Source: Acidobacteriota bacterium (GTDB lineage Bacteria; Acidobacteriota; UBA6911; RPQK01; JADFOI01). From it: a stretch of DNA of 64,000 nt. Location: positions 1,312,001-1,376,000 of the forward strand of contig OY760074.1 of the NCBI GenBank assembly GCA_963663035.1, read 5' to 3'. Position numbers and translations under genes: made by a program. Of the stretch, positions 47,010-56,844 are shown in pieces; within the stretch, counting starts at the first letter, position 1; every line of letters starts with the position of its first letter. The notes below the pieces were generated by a model. It saw only the letters and a program-made list of their open reading frames with translations, was not told where the DNA came from and did no database searches.

Positions 47010-48530
47010 TCAGACCCCCCGCGAGAAGTTATTGGCCACGATTCGCCGGGCCCCAAAAGCGCCCATGAGGGCCGCATAAAAGCCTGAGTAAATGCCGGCC
47101 CTCGGATAGGATCCGGCATCCACCACAAAGAGTCCCTCCACCTCGTGCGATTCGAAGTTCTGGTTAATAACGGAGTTCCTTCTGTCGCTGCCGGCTCGGC
47201 AGGTTCCATTGGTATGTCCTCCCCCTCTTCCCCTGAAGGTGGCAGGAAATCGCGGCGAAATTTCTTGACTTCCGATTCTCTTGGCTAACTCCAGACCAAT
47301 CTCCCTCGCTTCGTTCATGCGCCTGTCAATATAAGGGTCACCAGGATAAGTCCGGGCACCCGTCTGAAGATTGAGCCTTCCCTTAATGTGGGTGGGAGGG
47401 CGATTCACAGAGAGACCAATCGATCCCAGGCGGCTTATAGCGGTCCTCATAAAGTCCATGTGGGCGTGTCCGAAAGCTGGAGCAAACTCGCTTAAAGCGG
47501 CCGTGTGAGGATAGGTGATCTTATTGAGATCGGTACTCCAAATCTTTAAAACGCCGCTGCTGTCCTGATAATCCGGATCCTCATCCAGAAAGTACATGGC
47601 GCCGGTCGTTCCACGCCCGGGCTCTTTAATGGCTTCATCAAACACCACGCCTACCCGATAGGTGGTATCTCCATCCAGATTGCGGCCCACGTTGTTATTT
47701 TCCACGATCAACTTGCTTCCCAACTCGTCTCTGGGGCCATATCCCGATTTCGCCAGGACTACAGGCGTACCCGCATACCCGCAGGACATAACGATTTTCT
47801 CAGCCCGGGCTTCCTGGATTTGACCATCCTTTCTGTAGTACACACCCTTCACGAAACCGCCTGTTCCTCTTTTTTCAATAATCACTTCCTCGATTTCGGC
47901 CTTGTCAATCAGCTCAACTCCATTGGCCTCGGCAATGGGGAGGTACCACAAGGAAGTTCCCTTCGCGTCATATTTGCAGCCATGTCCGCTCCCGATAAAA
48001 CCACAGTAAATACAATTCTTGCGCGGAGAAGGCATTCCCTTGGCGTCGTAGCCCATAGCAATGGCGGCACTTCTGAATAACTTGTCACCCTTAGACCAGG
48101 CTTCTTCCGGAGCCGCGTGAAAATGGTACATGTCCATCACATCATCCACGGCTTCCTGCATGTTCTCCTTGGTCCAGTCAATTCCCATTTCGGAAGACCA
48201 GTTCTCTTGATCCTGGTCGATCGGCAAAACCGCATGCCCGCCCCACCAGACCGAGCTGCCTCCCACCATTTTAGGCCCAAAGCCCCAGGAGAAGCTGTCG
48301 ATCATCTCAAACTCCTCCCAGCCAATCTGCGGCATCAGTCGCCGCCGATTGGGATGCCCATAGCCAGCCCTTCTCTCCCCTTCAAACAGCTGAGCTCCGG
48401 CGTCAATCAAGCCTATCCTCAGCCGATCACCTGTTGCCGGGTTGATTCCTGCTTCTGCGATGCGGGCTGCCACGATGATTCCTGCCGTGCCCGCACCAGC
48501 CACAATGAGATCAAACTCTTTTACAGCCAC
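47010..48530 (-). CDS. GMC family flavoprotein oxidoreductase
   Basis: GAGTAG, VGGSSVWWGG, CxxC..GC.YDAK, VGRNL, HTNGTCRAG, LFVVDAG. Confidence 0.88.
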   Translation of the reverse strand: MAVKEFDLIVAGAGTAGIIVAARIAEAGINPATGDRLRIGLIDAGAQLFEGERRAGYGHPNRRRLMPQIGWEEFEMIDSFSWGFGPKMVGGSSVWWGGHAVLPIDQDQENWSSEMGIDWTKENMQEAVDDVMDMYHFHAAPEEAWSKGDKLFRSAAIAMGYDAKGMPSPRKNCIYCGFIGSGHGCKYDAKGTSLWYLPIAEANGVELIDKAEIEEVIIEKRGTGGFVKGVYYRKDGQIQEARAEKIVMSCGYAGTPVVLAKSGYGPRDELGSKLIVENNNVGRNLDGDTTYRVGVVFDEAIKEPGRGTTGAMYFLDEDPDYQDSSGVLKIWSTDLNKITYPHTAALSEFAPAFGHAHMDFMRTAISRLGSIGLSVNRPPTHIKGRLNLQTGARTYPGDPYIDRRMNEAREIGLELAKRIGSQEISPRFPATFRGRGGGHTNGTCRAGSDRRNSVINQNFESHEVEGLFVVDAGSYPRAGIYSGFYAALMGAFGARRIVANNFSRGV

Positions 48531-48816
48531 TTTCCTCCCCCTTTCAAAATTCTGGAGTAACTTCTAATAGTGCCCTCCATGCTAAACCGTGGGAGGGCAA
48601 AAGGCAATGGCGATTATCAGCAGAGAATCCTGCTCGAGTTCAGTGGCGGGTGGGGAAGGGTGTTTTCGTCAGACTCCTCTTTTGAGAACCTTAGATTCGC
48701 TTTAAATCCCTAATTTGCATAAATTAATACTACTGATTTATGCTTATTTTAAAGATATTTACTCTATATTATCTAAGTGTACACCTAATATAATATGCAA
48801 GTAGCCCGGATGATGC

Positions 48817-49155
48817 TTAAGGTGTGGAGAATCCTGCCAGGATGACGCCTATCAGCGTCACAATCAGGGCACCATTGAGAGCAGTGCCCAGTAGGGGAAA
48901 AGTCCTTTTCTGATCTTTCTGGAGGAGGCCGGCAATACCGAGACCTGTGCCAACCAGAAGGATAAAGATTGTGAGAAAGAGAAACATCCCAATGATCACG
49001 GAAGTAAAGGATGTCTCATCCATCCCTCCGGGCGTCGTTGCTTCGTAATAGCCAGCCACGGCCAACAGCATGAACGACTCGATCCAACCAATGATTGAAA
49101 TGATAAATGAGGCTATGCCCAGTCTCGAGTGTTTGTTGGCTTCAGTTTTTTCCAT
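48817..49155 (-). CDS. small 3-TM membrane protein (DUF4190-like)
   Basis: KHSRLGIASFIISI..., LGIAGL.QKD.KR.F..LG. Confidence 0.65.
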   Translation of the reverse strand: MEKTEANKHSRLGIASFIISIIGWIESFMLLAVAGYYEATTPGGMDETSFTSVIIGMFLFLTIFILLVGTGLGIAGLLQKDQKRTFPLLGTALNGALIVTLIGVILAGFSTP

Positions 49156-49183
49156 GGAGCTCTTGAAAGAGACTCCGTCCAGG

Positions 49184-49819
49184 CTAGTTTTCGTCATCCT
49201 GAAATTGAATGGACCAATGTGCTCCATCGCAAAAGGGCTTGTTTTTGGAGGCCCCGCAGCGACAAAGAGCGAAATGTTCTCTGGAGGCACCCTCACCCCA
49301 ACTGACATCAACCAGCTCAGGGCCGCCTGTGGCCAGGTAGGGACCATTCTTTGATACCGTGACTGCGGGTTCTCGAGCCTGGTCTGCTTGCTCCACCTTC
49401 TGGACGGAATAGCTGAGGGCTCCGGAAGGACAGTTCTTGACGACTTCAATGATTTCTGCCGCCTGGGCTGCCTCCGGGTCAATCCATGGCTCGTGTTCCA
49501 GCCGGAAGACCGACGTCAGTTGGTCGCTACACAGGCCGGCGTGGGAGCAAATGCCACGGTTATCGTGCAGGGTAATCTCCTTTCCCACGTAGTCATCTCT
49601 TCTCTCCTCCACCCGTCCTTCCACTTTTTCGTCGGAAAAGCCGATTTTGGCATGTGTCCCATCACAAAAGGGTTTTTTCTTTGAGCCTCCACAGCGGCAA
49701 AGCGCAAGCTTTGGTTGAGTTTCGATCTGCTCGCCCTTGGAGTTCTGAAGATTCTCGAGATTGTCCACTATGAGCGGGCCGTTTTGAGAAAGGGTAATGC
49801 TTGGCTTGCTTGAGCTCAT
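49184..49819 (-). CDS. CDGSH iron-sulfur protein (CDGSH-divergent ferredoxin-CDGSH)
   Basis: LCRCGGSKKKPFCDGTH, CSHAGLC..CPSGAL, LCRCGASKNKPFCDGAH. Confidence 0.92.
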   Translation of the reverse strand: MSSSKPSITLSQNGPLIVDNLENLQNSKGEQIETQPKLALCRCGGSKKKPFCDGTHAKIGFSDEKVEGRVEERRDDYVGKEITLHDNRGICSHAGLCSDQLTSVFRLEHEPWIDPEAAQAAEIIEVVKNCPSGALSYSVQKVEQADQAREPAVTVSKNGPYLATGGPELVDVSWGEGASREHFALCRCGASKNKPFCDGAHWSIQFQDDEN

Positions 49820-50617
49820 GGGACAACCTCCTGGCTCGTGGAATGCGGGTTCGTCACTGGAAACATCGATTCCTATCTTACCCGATAGGGCAATATGGGA
49901 ACAGCCTTGCATCATTGAGGTCTCACGCTCATTTCCTTCTTGTGACGCTGGTCACTGACTGGGTTCTCGGTTACCGCTAGTCTATCGGTTGGAAGAACCA
50001 CCAGCTATCTACCCCTAATGAGCTTTGAGAAATGACCCTCAGTCACAGACCCCCTAATAAGTTTCGTAGACTGAAAAGAAACTGAAAGGAGAAAGCCATC
50101 ATGTATCAAAAGTTTGCAAAGAGTGTTTTCACAATCTTGGGCTTATTCATTGTGTTGAACCTGAGCTCGCTTGCTCTTCTTGCCCAGAACTACAGTATTG
50201 ATCCTCGTAACATCGCCTTGGGCGGAATGGCTAACATCGGTGCCGGCAACCCTGTCTTCGACCTGGTGCCAAAAAAGACCGAGTACAGCACCATCCCGAT
50301 TCCACTGGGTCTAATCCAGGTTTTCGGCAACCTGGACGTCTTTGATGTGAGTGATCCGAACTTTGACCTGTCCCGACTCATCGACTACGCAGGCAATCCT
50401 CTCCATCTGACTGCCGGTCGGGATCAAGGGGCAGAAGGTGAGACCAGTTTTGACTTCTTGGGTGATATTAATGATGCACTCCTCAATCGGGACTTGAATG
50501 CCTACCGTGGATTTACGCCCCCCAAAGAGTTTAAAGCAGAAGGTTTGATTGCACCAGACTGGGGACACACTATCACGGTACCCACGCCGGGCCTTGAATC
50601 CTCTCACGGGATCTTCG

Positions 50618-51997
50618 GAGGTTCCGTCAATAAGTGTGTAAATAGACATCAGGCGGCTTTCTCCTGGGTGACTGGGTTGACTGGAACTCCATTGACATAT
50701 TGGGCTCCTTGGTAGACATCCTTCATCAAGTGGGGAGCCTTCAAACGGCGAAATCTCTTCTCAGCGACCAGCAGCATCTTCCAGATGACAGCCCGTGCGT
50801 TGGCCACTTTCTTGAACCTTCGAGCAGCATCGGTTCGCAGTCGCAGAGCAGAGAAGGGAGACTCCACTGGGTTGGTAGTCCGCAGATGTTGCCACTGCTG
50901 TTTGGGATAGTTGTAAAACGTCACCATCCGCTCCCAGTCCTGGTCGATCAGATCAGCCGCTGCCTCCAGGCCTCTCTTGCTACACCAATGTTGGAATCGT
51001 CCTTTGACTCGCTCGGCTTCCTGCCGTGTTTCTGCATAAGGGATCTGCCGCAACATCAACAAGGCCGCTTTGTGCCGACTCTTGGGGATCTTGGCCAGCA
51101 AGTTGACGATGCGATGATTCCAGCATCTCTGCTCGTCGGCTTCTGGGAACACGTTGCGCAACGCTCCCCAGATCCCCAGATGCCCGTCAGCGATCACCAG
51201 ACGGGGTGGGTTCATCCCCCGCTCTTTGAGATCCCGCAGCACTTCGGACCAGCTCTGGGTCGATTCTCGATAACCACTACTGACGGACACCACCACTTTA
51301 GTGCCATCACTTAAAGCGGCGATCACTACCAGAATCACGGCCTTCTCCTTCTCCAGCCCTGCTTTGATGTACACGCCGTCCGCCCACAAATACACGACTT
51401 CCAGATCATCCAGCCGACGGCTCTGCCAGGCCTCCATTTCTCCCTGCCACTTCTGTTTCAACCGGGCTACGGTGCTGGGGGACAGCGGCGCTTCTTCCCC
51501 TAAAAGCCCTCTCAAGGCCAGATCGAAATCCCCCTCGGCCAGACCATGTAAATAGAGTTCTGGAATCAAGTCTCGTACCTCTCGCGTTCGCTTGGCAAAC
51601 AGCGGCAAGACCCGGCTCTCAAAACGCTCTTCCAGATCCCGCACTCGGGGACGCCGCAGCTTGATCGTTCCGCAACTCATCGTCAGTCGCCGCTCCTTGC
51701 CGTAGCCGTTGCGATAGCCACCGGAGGCGTCCACTTCTCGGCGACGCTCATTCTTTCTTCGTCCCAGCAGCTGTGTCACTTCATCCTCCAGCAGTTCCTG
51801 TACGTAAAACTGGATCTGCTCTCGCACCCACTCTTCCAGCTGTTCAAAGCAGACTCTTGACTCCACACTGTGATCAATGTTCTTCTTGCTCATGGCGGTG
51901 TGACTCCTTCCTTTCGGGCTCTTCCGCCCGGGTTTTTATTTTCACCCGGAAGGATAATCACCGCCTGTGCTATTTACACACCTTTTGAGGGTAGCTC
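50618..51997 (-). mobile_element. IS256-family insertion sequence, 1380 bp, 28-bp imperfect TIRs, 9-bp TSD GGATCTTCG
   Basis: TIRs GAGGTTCCGTCAATAAGTGTGTAAATAG / CTATTTACACACCTTTTGAGGGTAGCTC; TSD at 50609-50617 and 51998-52006. Confidence 0.95.
50649..51893 (-). CDS. IS256 family transposase
   Basis: YRNGY, PRVR, LWADG, IADG, QRCWNH, RTTNPVES. Confidence 0.96.
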   Translation of the reverse strand: MSKKNIDHSVESRVCFEQLEEWVREQIQFYVQELLEDEVTQLLGRRKNERRREVDASGGYRNGYGKERRLTMSCGTIKLRRPRVRDLEERFESRVLPLFAKRTREVRDLIPELYLHGLAEGDFDLALRGLLGEEAPLSPSTVARLKQKWQGEMEAWQSRRLDDLEVVYLWADGVYIKAGLEKEKAVILVVIAALSDGTKVVVSVSSGYRESTQSWSEVLRDLKERGMNPPRLVIADGHLGIWGALRNVFPEADEQRCWNHRIVNLLAKIPKSRHKAALLMLRQIPYAETRQEAERVKGRFQHWCSKRGLEAAADLIDQDWERMVTFYNYPKQQWQHLRTTNPVESPFSALRLRTDAARRFKKVANARAVIWKMLLVAEKRFRRLKAPHLMKDVYQGAQYVNGVPVNPVTQEKAA

Positions 51998-52896
51998 GGA
52001 TCTTCGTGGGTGTTGGACCCTATATTTCAGTGGGTACTCTTTTCGACGTGGATCCTGGGTTGATTACTATTTGGGAAAGTGACGTTGATGTGACTGTCCC
52101 AGCAAGTACAATCTTCCCTATCACCGACGTCACCACCGGACAGCTTGGCATGTCGATCACGGGAGGGTACCGGGGCAGGTATCCGTTGCCAGGCCAGACT
52201 TCCTTTAGTGGGTCGGATCGAAATGGACTCTATTTCTCAGCTGACTACCACTATCTTAAAGGGTTTCGATACGATCAAGTGGATTTTACCCTCAATATTG
52301 AAACAGACGCCGCAGGACTGATCAACCCCCTGCCAACGGAGAGTCCCCTGCTCATTGATCAGTTGACCTCCACCAATGGTTCGGGTTTCGCACTGGATTT
52401 CGGAGTTGCGGCCGTTCAAGACAAGTGGGAGTTTGGATTCGGTGCCACTGGAGTTGGCAACAGGATCAACTGGACGGACTTTAAACTGAGACGATTTGAG
52501 CTTGCCGACATTCTGCTGGGCGGAGGCTTCATCGAGTCGACCCTCGTCCCTCCGACGGGCACCACCCAAGTCACCCTACCGGTCAGATATTCGGGTAATG
52601 TCGCCTATCATGAGGAGAGATGGTCGGTGATGACAGATCTCCAGCAAGGCTTCGATGACTTCACCTTCCATGTGGGTTCAGAGTATCGGCTTAATCGCTT
52701 AGCGCTTCGGGCAGGAGGCAGGCTTGCAAGAGACCGCTTTGAGCCCGCCGGTGGTATCGGGCTGAATCTCACCGAGCGACTTTCCTTTGATTTTGCTATG
52801 TTTAGTAGCAGCGCAAACATCGAAAAGGCGCGGGAGTTCTCAACAGCTCTTGGCCTGCGCATCAATCCAAGCAGAGAGAACTGACATTCCAATTCT

Positions 52897-52935
52897 GAAT
52901 GGTGATTTGTGATTGCCAGTCACAAATCACCATTC
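52897..52935. terminator. 16-bp perfect stem-loop between convergent genes
   Basis: GAATGGTGATTTGTGA-TTGCCAG-TCACAAATCACCATTC. Confidence 0.7.
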
Positions 52936-52954
52936 TCCAGAAAAAACGAAGGTC

Positions 52955-54670
52955 TTAGAAGGCTCCGGAGGCCTCGTAAACGATCTTTCCTCCGACCACG
53001 GTCATCAGCACTGGCATAGTACCGATTTCCTCCTCCGGCCAGGTCATGTAATCGCCTCCGAGTACCACCAGGTCGCCCAGTTTACCCGGCTCAATCGAGC
53101 CCAGGATATTCTGCTCGCCACTGTAGCGGGCCGCCCACAGCGTATACATATAGAGAGCCTCCTGCCGGGAAACGCGCTCCGCAGGATTCCAGATTCGTCC
53201 GTCTTCCGATTTTCGAGTGATGAATCTCTGGATCGAATCCAGTCCTCCTCCGATCTCGATGCTGGGCCTGATCCCGGCATCGATTGCTGACTTGACTGGA
53301 GACATGCCATAGACGGCGTCGGGGCCGTACATGGTAACCAGGCCCGCATTATTCCCGGAAAAAGCCCCGGCATCCATCGACGTATTCATATCCATTTCTT
53401 TGATCAAGTCAAAGTGGCGTTCCGTCAGCCCCTTCTGATGGTCGAATCCAAAGTGGCGCCCAACCAGAGATTTTTCCTGATGGGCTTCGGCGAAAACGTC
53501 CAGCAGCAGATCGTTGCTGGCATCTCCTTCGCTGTGAAGACCCATGATGCTCCAACCATAGCGATTGGCCAGGATGATGGCTCGTCGATCACTGGTGGCC
53601 ACGTTTCCGGTGGACTCCCACTTGTTCCACCCGTAAGGACCATAGGGGTCACCTTCAGCCATCTGGATTTTCGCGAAGGTGAACAACCCTGAACCCGTAC
53701 CTGTGGACCCGTCTACCACCTGCACGGTCGCTCCGATAATCTTCATCCAGTCGTCTCCAAAGTCTGTCAGGTTTCCGATCCGCTTCAGGAACGCTTCGGG
53801 TCGTGCCTGGGAGCGCAGGAACTCATGGGCCAGTCTGACGCGCACAGGAAGTTCCCCCGCCTTCCACAGCTCCAGCAGGATGGAGATGGTCTCACCTTGT
53901 CCTCTTCCCATGAGGGTGGTGATCCCGCGCGGCCCGTGGCGTTTCAGGGCTTCACGTTCTCTGGCGACTGCCCCCTCAAAATCGTCTTGCCCGGGCTTGA
54001 ACTCATAGATCACTATTCCGGCCGGACCACCTCTTATCTGACCCGTGTAGTTTCCCTGCTCATCTTTGAGAATGCCATCCAATCCCTGCGCCACTGGAAG
54101 TAGTTTCTTCAGCATCTGGCTGTTGATGATGACCTGATTGTTGGGACAGCTGATGGAGATCGGGTTGTTGGGAGAAGCGGCATCCAACTCCGCCAGCGTC
54201 ACCTCTATCGTCAGGTATTTGTTGCTGGGTCCCGCCATGTAGATTTCCTCGCCCGGAGGAAGCTCAGCCACCGCAGCCTTGATCTCTTCCAGCCCGCTGG
54301 CCACGTCTTCGAACTGCAACCTAACAGTTCCACTCTTTGAAGCATTGCCGATGTAGCCGTGCTGGTGGGTGGCGATCAGCCCCGGGATGATACCTCGACC
54401 CTCAAGATCGACTCTTCTCGTCTGTGGACCCGCCATGGCCTGGATGGCCTGGCTTTCCCCCACGGCCAGAAACTTCCCGTCTCGGATCGCTACCGCTTCT
54501 CGTATGGAAAAATCCTCGTCGGCGGTAATGACCTGGCCGTTGTAAAATATAATGTCCGCGTACTCGATGACCTCCGACGGCAGGCTCTGGGCGGCCAGAA
54601 ATGCGCTGCAGATCCCCAGCATCAAGCAGGCCAGAAAACCCATTTGAAACTTCTTAATCCACTGGTTCAT
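52955..54670 (-). CDS. secreted amidohydrolase 3 paralog 1
   Basis: PGLIATHQH, HSEGD, FDHQ, GSIEPGKLGDLVVL. Confidence 0.88.
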   Translation of the reverse strand: MNQWIKKFQMGFLACLMLGICSAFLAAQSLPSEVIEYADIIFYNGQVITADEDFSIREAVAIRDGKFLAVGESQAIQAMAGPQTRRVDLEGRGIIPGLIATHQHGYIGNASKSGTVRLQFEDVASGLEEIKAAVAELPPGEEIYMAGPSNKYLTIEVTLAELDAASPNNPISISCPNNQVIINSQMLKKLLPVAQGLDGILKDEQGNYTGQIRGGPAGIVIYEFKPGQDDFEGAVAREREALKRHGPRGITTLMGRGQGETISILLELWKAGELPVRVRLAHEFLRSQARPEAFLKRIGNLTDFGDDWMKIIGATVQVVDGSTGTGSGLFTFAKIQMAEGDPYGPYGWNKWESTGNVATSDRRAIILANRYGWSIMGLHSEGDASNDLLLDVFAEAHQEKSLVGRHFGFDHQKGLTERHFDLIKEMDMNTSMDAGAFSGNNAGLVTMYGPDAVYGMSPVKSAIDAGIRPSIEIGGGLDSIQRFITRKSEDGRIWNPAERVSRQEALYMYTLWAARYSGEQNILGSIEPGKLGDLVVLGGDYMTWPEEEIGTMPVLMTVVGGKIVYEASGAF

Positions 54671-55013
54671 TGTAAACCTCCTGTTTTTTGGTTGACTGTG
54701 ATTCCCGGCAAATCCTGAGTTGTTCCCGTATTGAGCGCTTTAGGAGCTGCGCTGTAAGGAAGAATATAAGGGAAGATGAGAACAGTCAACACAATTCACC
54801 ATGGATACTGGTCTGCTCCGATTTTCATCTAGTTGCACTCTATGAAACTATACTTTCGTATAGCAACTAATGAGCTTCTCAAATAATGCGGGTTGGGAAT
54901 TGAAAAGAAGGGACAGTCCCCGAATGCCTTCAATGCCCCCCCGGATCGACACGGACACCAATCCGCGCCGATCCGTGAGGAGACAGAAGAGCTGTCCGGA
55001 GTTCACGAAGATC

Positions 55014-56729
55014 TTAGAAGGCTCCGGAGGCCTCGTAAACGATCTTTCCTCCGACCACGGTCATATGCACTGGCAAAGCGCTGAGTTCATCCTCCGGCCA
55101 GGTCATATAATCGGCTCCGAGTACCACCACGTCGCCCAGTTTACCCACCTCAATCGAGCCCAGGATATCCTGCTCGCCACTGTAGCGGGCCGACCACTGC
55201 GTGTACATATAGAGCGCCTCCTGCTTGGAGACCCGCTCGTCCGCATTCCAGACTCGGCCGTCATCCGTCTTTCGAGTGATGAAGGCCTGGAGCGATTCCA
55301 TTCCATCTCCGATCTCGATGCTGGGCTTGATCCCGGCATCGATAGCTGACTTGACTGGAGACATGTTATATACGGCGTCTGGGCCGTACATGTGAACGAT
55401 GCTCGAATTATCCCCGGAGAAAGGACTTGCATACATAATCGGAGTTATCCCCATCTCCTTGATCAGGTCAAAGTGGCGTTCCCGCAGCCCTGCCTGATGG
55501 TCGAATCCAAAGTGGCGGCCAGCCAGCGATCTTTCCTGATGGGCTTCGGAGAAAGCGTCCAGCAGCACATCGTCGCTGGCATCTCCCGCGCTGTGAAGGC
55601 CCAGGATGCTCCAACCATAGCGGTTGGCCAGGATGATGTTTCGCCGATCACTGGTGGCGATGTCTTCGGTTGCCGCCCATTTGTTCCATCCGTAAGGACC
55701 ATAGGCGTCACCTTCAGCCAGGTTGAGTTTCGCGAAGGTTTGCAAATTTGCACCCGGACCTCCGGACCCGTCTACCACCTGCACGGTAGCTCCGATGATC
55801 TTCAGCCAATCGTCTCCAAAGTCTGTCAGGTTTCCGACCCGCTTCAGGTACGCTTCGGGGCGTGGCTGAGAGCGCAGCATCTCGTGGGCCAGTCTGATGC
55901 GCACAGGAAGTGCCTTCTCCTTCCAGATCTCCCGCAGGATGGTGACAGTCTGACCTTGCCCTCTTCCCATCACGGTGGTGATCCCGCGCGGGCCCCAGCG
56001 CTTCAGTTGTTCCCTTTCTCTGTCGATCGCGGCCTCAAAATCTTCGTGCCAGGGCATGAACTCATAGAGCACGATTCCGGCCGGACCACCTCTTAGCTGA
56101 CCCGTGTAGTTTCCCTGCTCATCCTTGAGAATGCCAAACATCCCCTGCGCCTCTGGAAGGAGTCTGTTCAGCATCAGGCTGTTGACAACAACCTGATTGT
56201 TGGGACAGGTGACCACCAGCGGGTTGTTTGGGGAAGCGGCATCCAGCTGTGCCAGCGTCACATCTATGGTCATGGCGTGGTTGCTGGGTCCCCCCGACCA
56301 GATCTCCTCACCCGGAGCATATTTGGCCACCAGAGCCTTGATTTCCTCCAGACCGCTGGCCACGTCCTTGAACTGCAGCCTCTCGGTCCCGCTCTTTGAA
56401 GAATTGCCCACGTAGCCGTGTTGGTGGGTGGCAATCAGCCCGGGGATGAGGCTTCGACCGTCAAGATCCACTTTTCTCGTCTGTGGACCCGCCATGGCCT
56501 CGATGGCCCGGCTGTCCCCAACGGCCAGAAACTTTCCGTCCCGGATGGCTACAGCTTCTCGTATGGAAAAACCCTCGTCGACGGTAAGGACCTTGCCGTT
56601 GTAAAACACGATGTCCGCATAGTGGATGACCTCCGACGGCAGGCTCTGTGCGACCAGAAATCCGCTACAGATCCCCAGCATCAAGCAGGCCAGAACACCC
56701 ATTTGAAACTTCTTAATCCACTGGTTCAT
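55014..56729 (-). CDS. secreted amidohydrolase 3 paralog 2
   Basis: Same motifs; AGGAGG before ATG 56729. Confidence 0.88.
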   Translation of the reverse strand: MNQWIKKFQMGVLACLMLGICSGFLVAQSLPSEVIHYADIVFYNGKVLTVDEGFSIREAVAIRDGKFLAVGDSRAIEAMAGPQTRKVDLDGRSLIPGLIATHQHGYVGNSSKSGTERLQFKDVASGLEEIKALVAKYAPGEEIWSGGPSNHAMTIDVTLAQLDAASPNNPLVVTCPNNQVVVNSLMLNRLLPEAQGMFGILKDEQGNYTGQLRGGPAGIVLYEFMPWHEDFEAAIDREREQLKRWGPRGITTVMGRGQGQTVTILREIWKEKALPVRIRLAHEMLRSQPRPEAYLKRVGNLTDFGDDWLKIIGATVQVVDGSGGPGANLQTFAKLNLAEGDAYGPYGWNKWAATEDIATSDRRNIILANRYGWSILGLHSAGDASDDVLLDAFSEAHQERSLAGRHFGFDHQAGLRERHFDLIKEMGITPIMYASPFSGDNSSIVHMYGPDAVYNMSPVKSAIDAGIKPSIEIGDGMESLQAFITRKTDDGRVWNADERVSKQEALYMYTQWSARYSGEQDILGSIEVGKLGDVVVLGADYMTWPEDELSALPVHMTVVGGKIVYEASGAF

Positions 56730-56844
56730 TGGAAACCTCCTGTTTTTTGTTAACTGTGATTCCCGGCAAATTCTGAGCACTCCGGGCGAAGAAAACACCC
56801 TCGTTGACTACGCCTCCCGAGTTGTCCCCGAATTCACGAAGATT

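Larger units (their letters stand above)
50101..52884 (+). pseudogene. outer-membrane beta-barrel gene (about 464 aa when restored) interrupted by IS256
   Basis: Removing the IS and one TSD restores the frame ...SHGIF-VGVGPY...; signal peptide, RNIALGG, GFALDFG. Confidence 0.85.

Noticed and set aside
50012-50066. CCCCTAAT direct repeats/riboswitch upstream of the barrel gene
   Set aside because: Only two short imperfect copies; no recognisable riboswitch consensus
51967-52884. Independent 305-aa gene
   Set aside because: Its start lies within the IS end; it is the 3' half of the interrupted barrel gene
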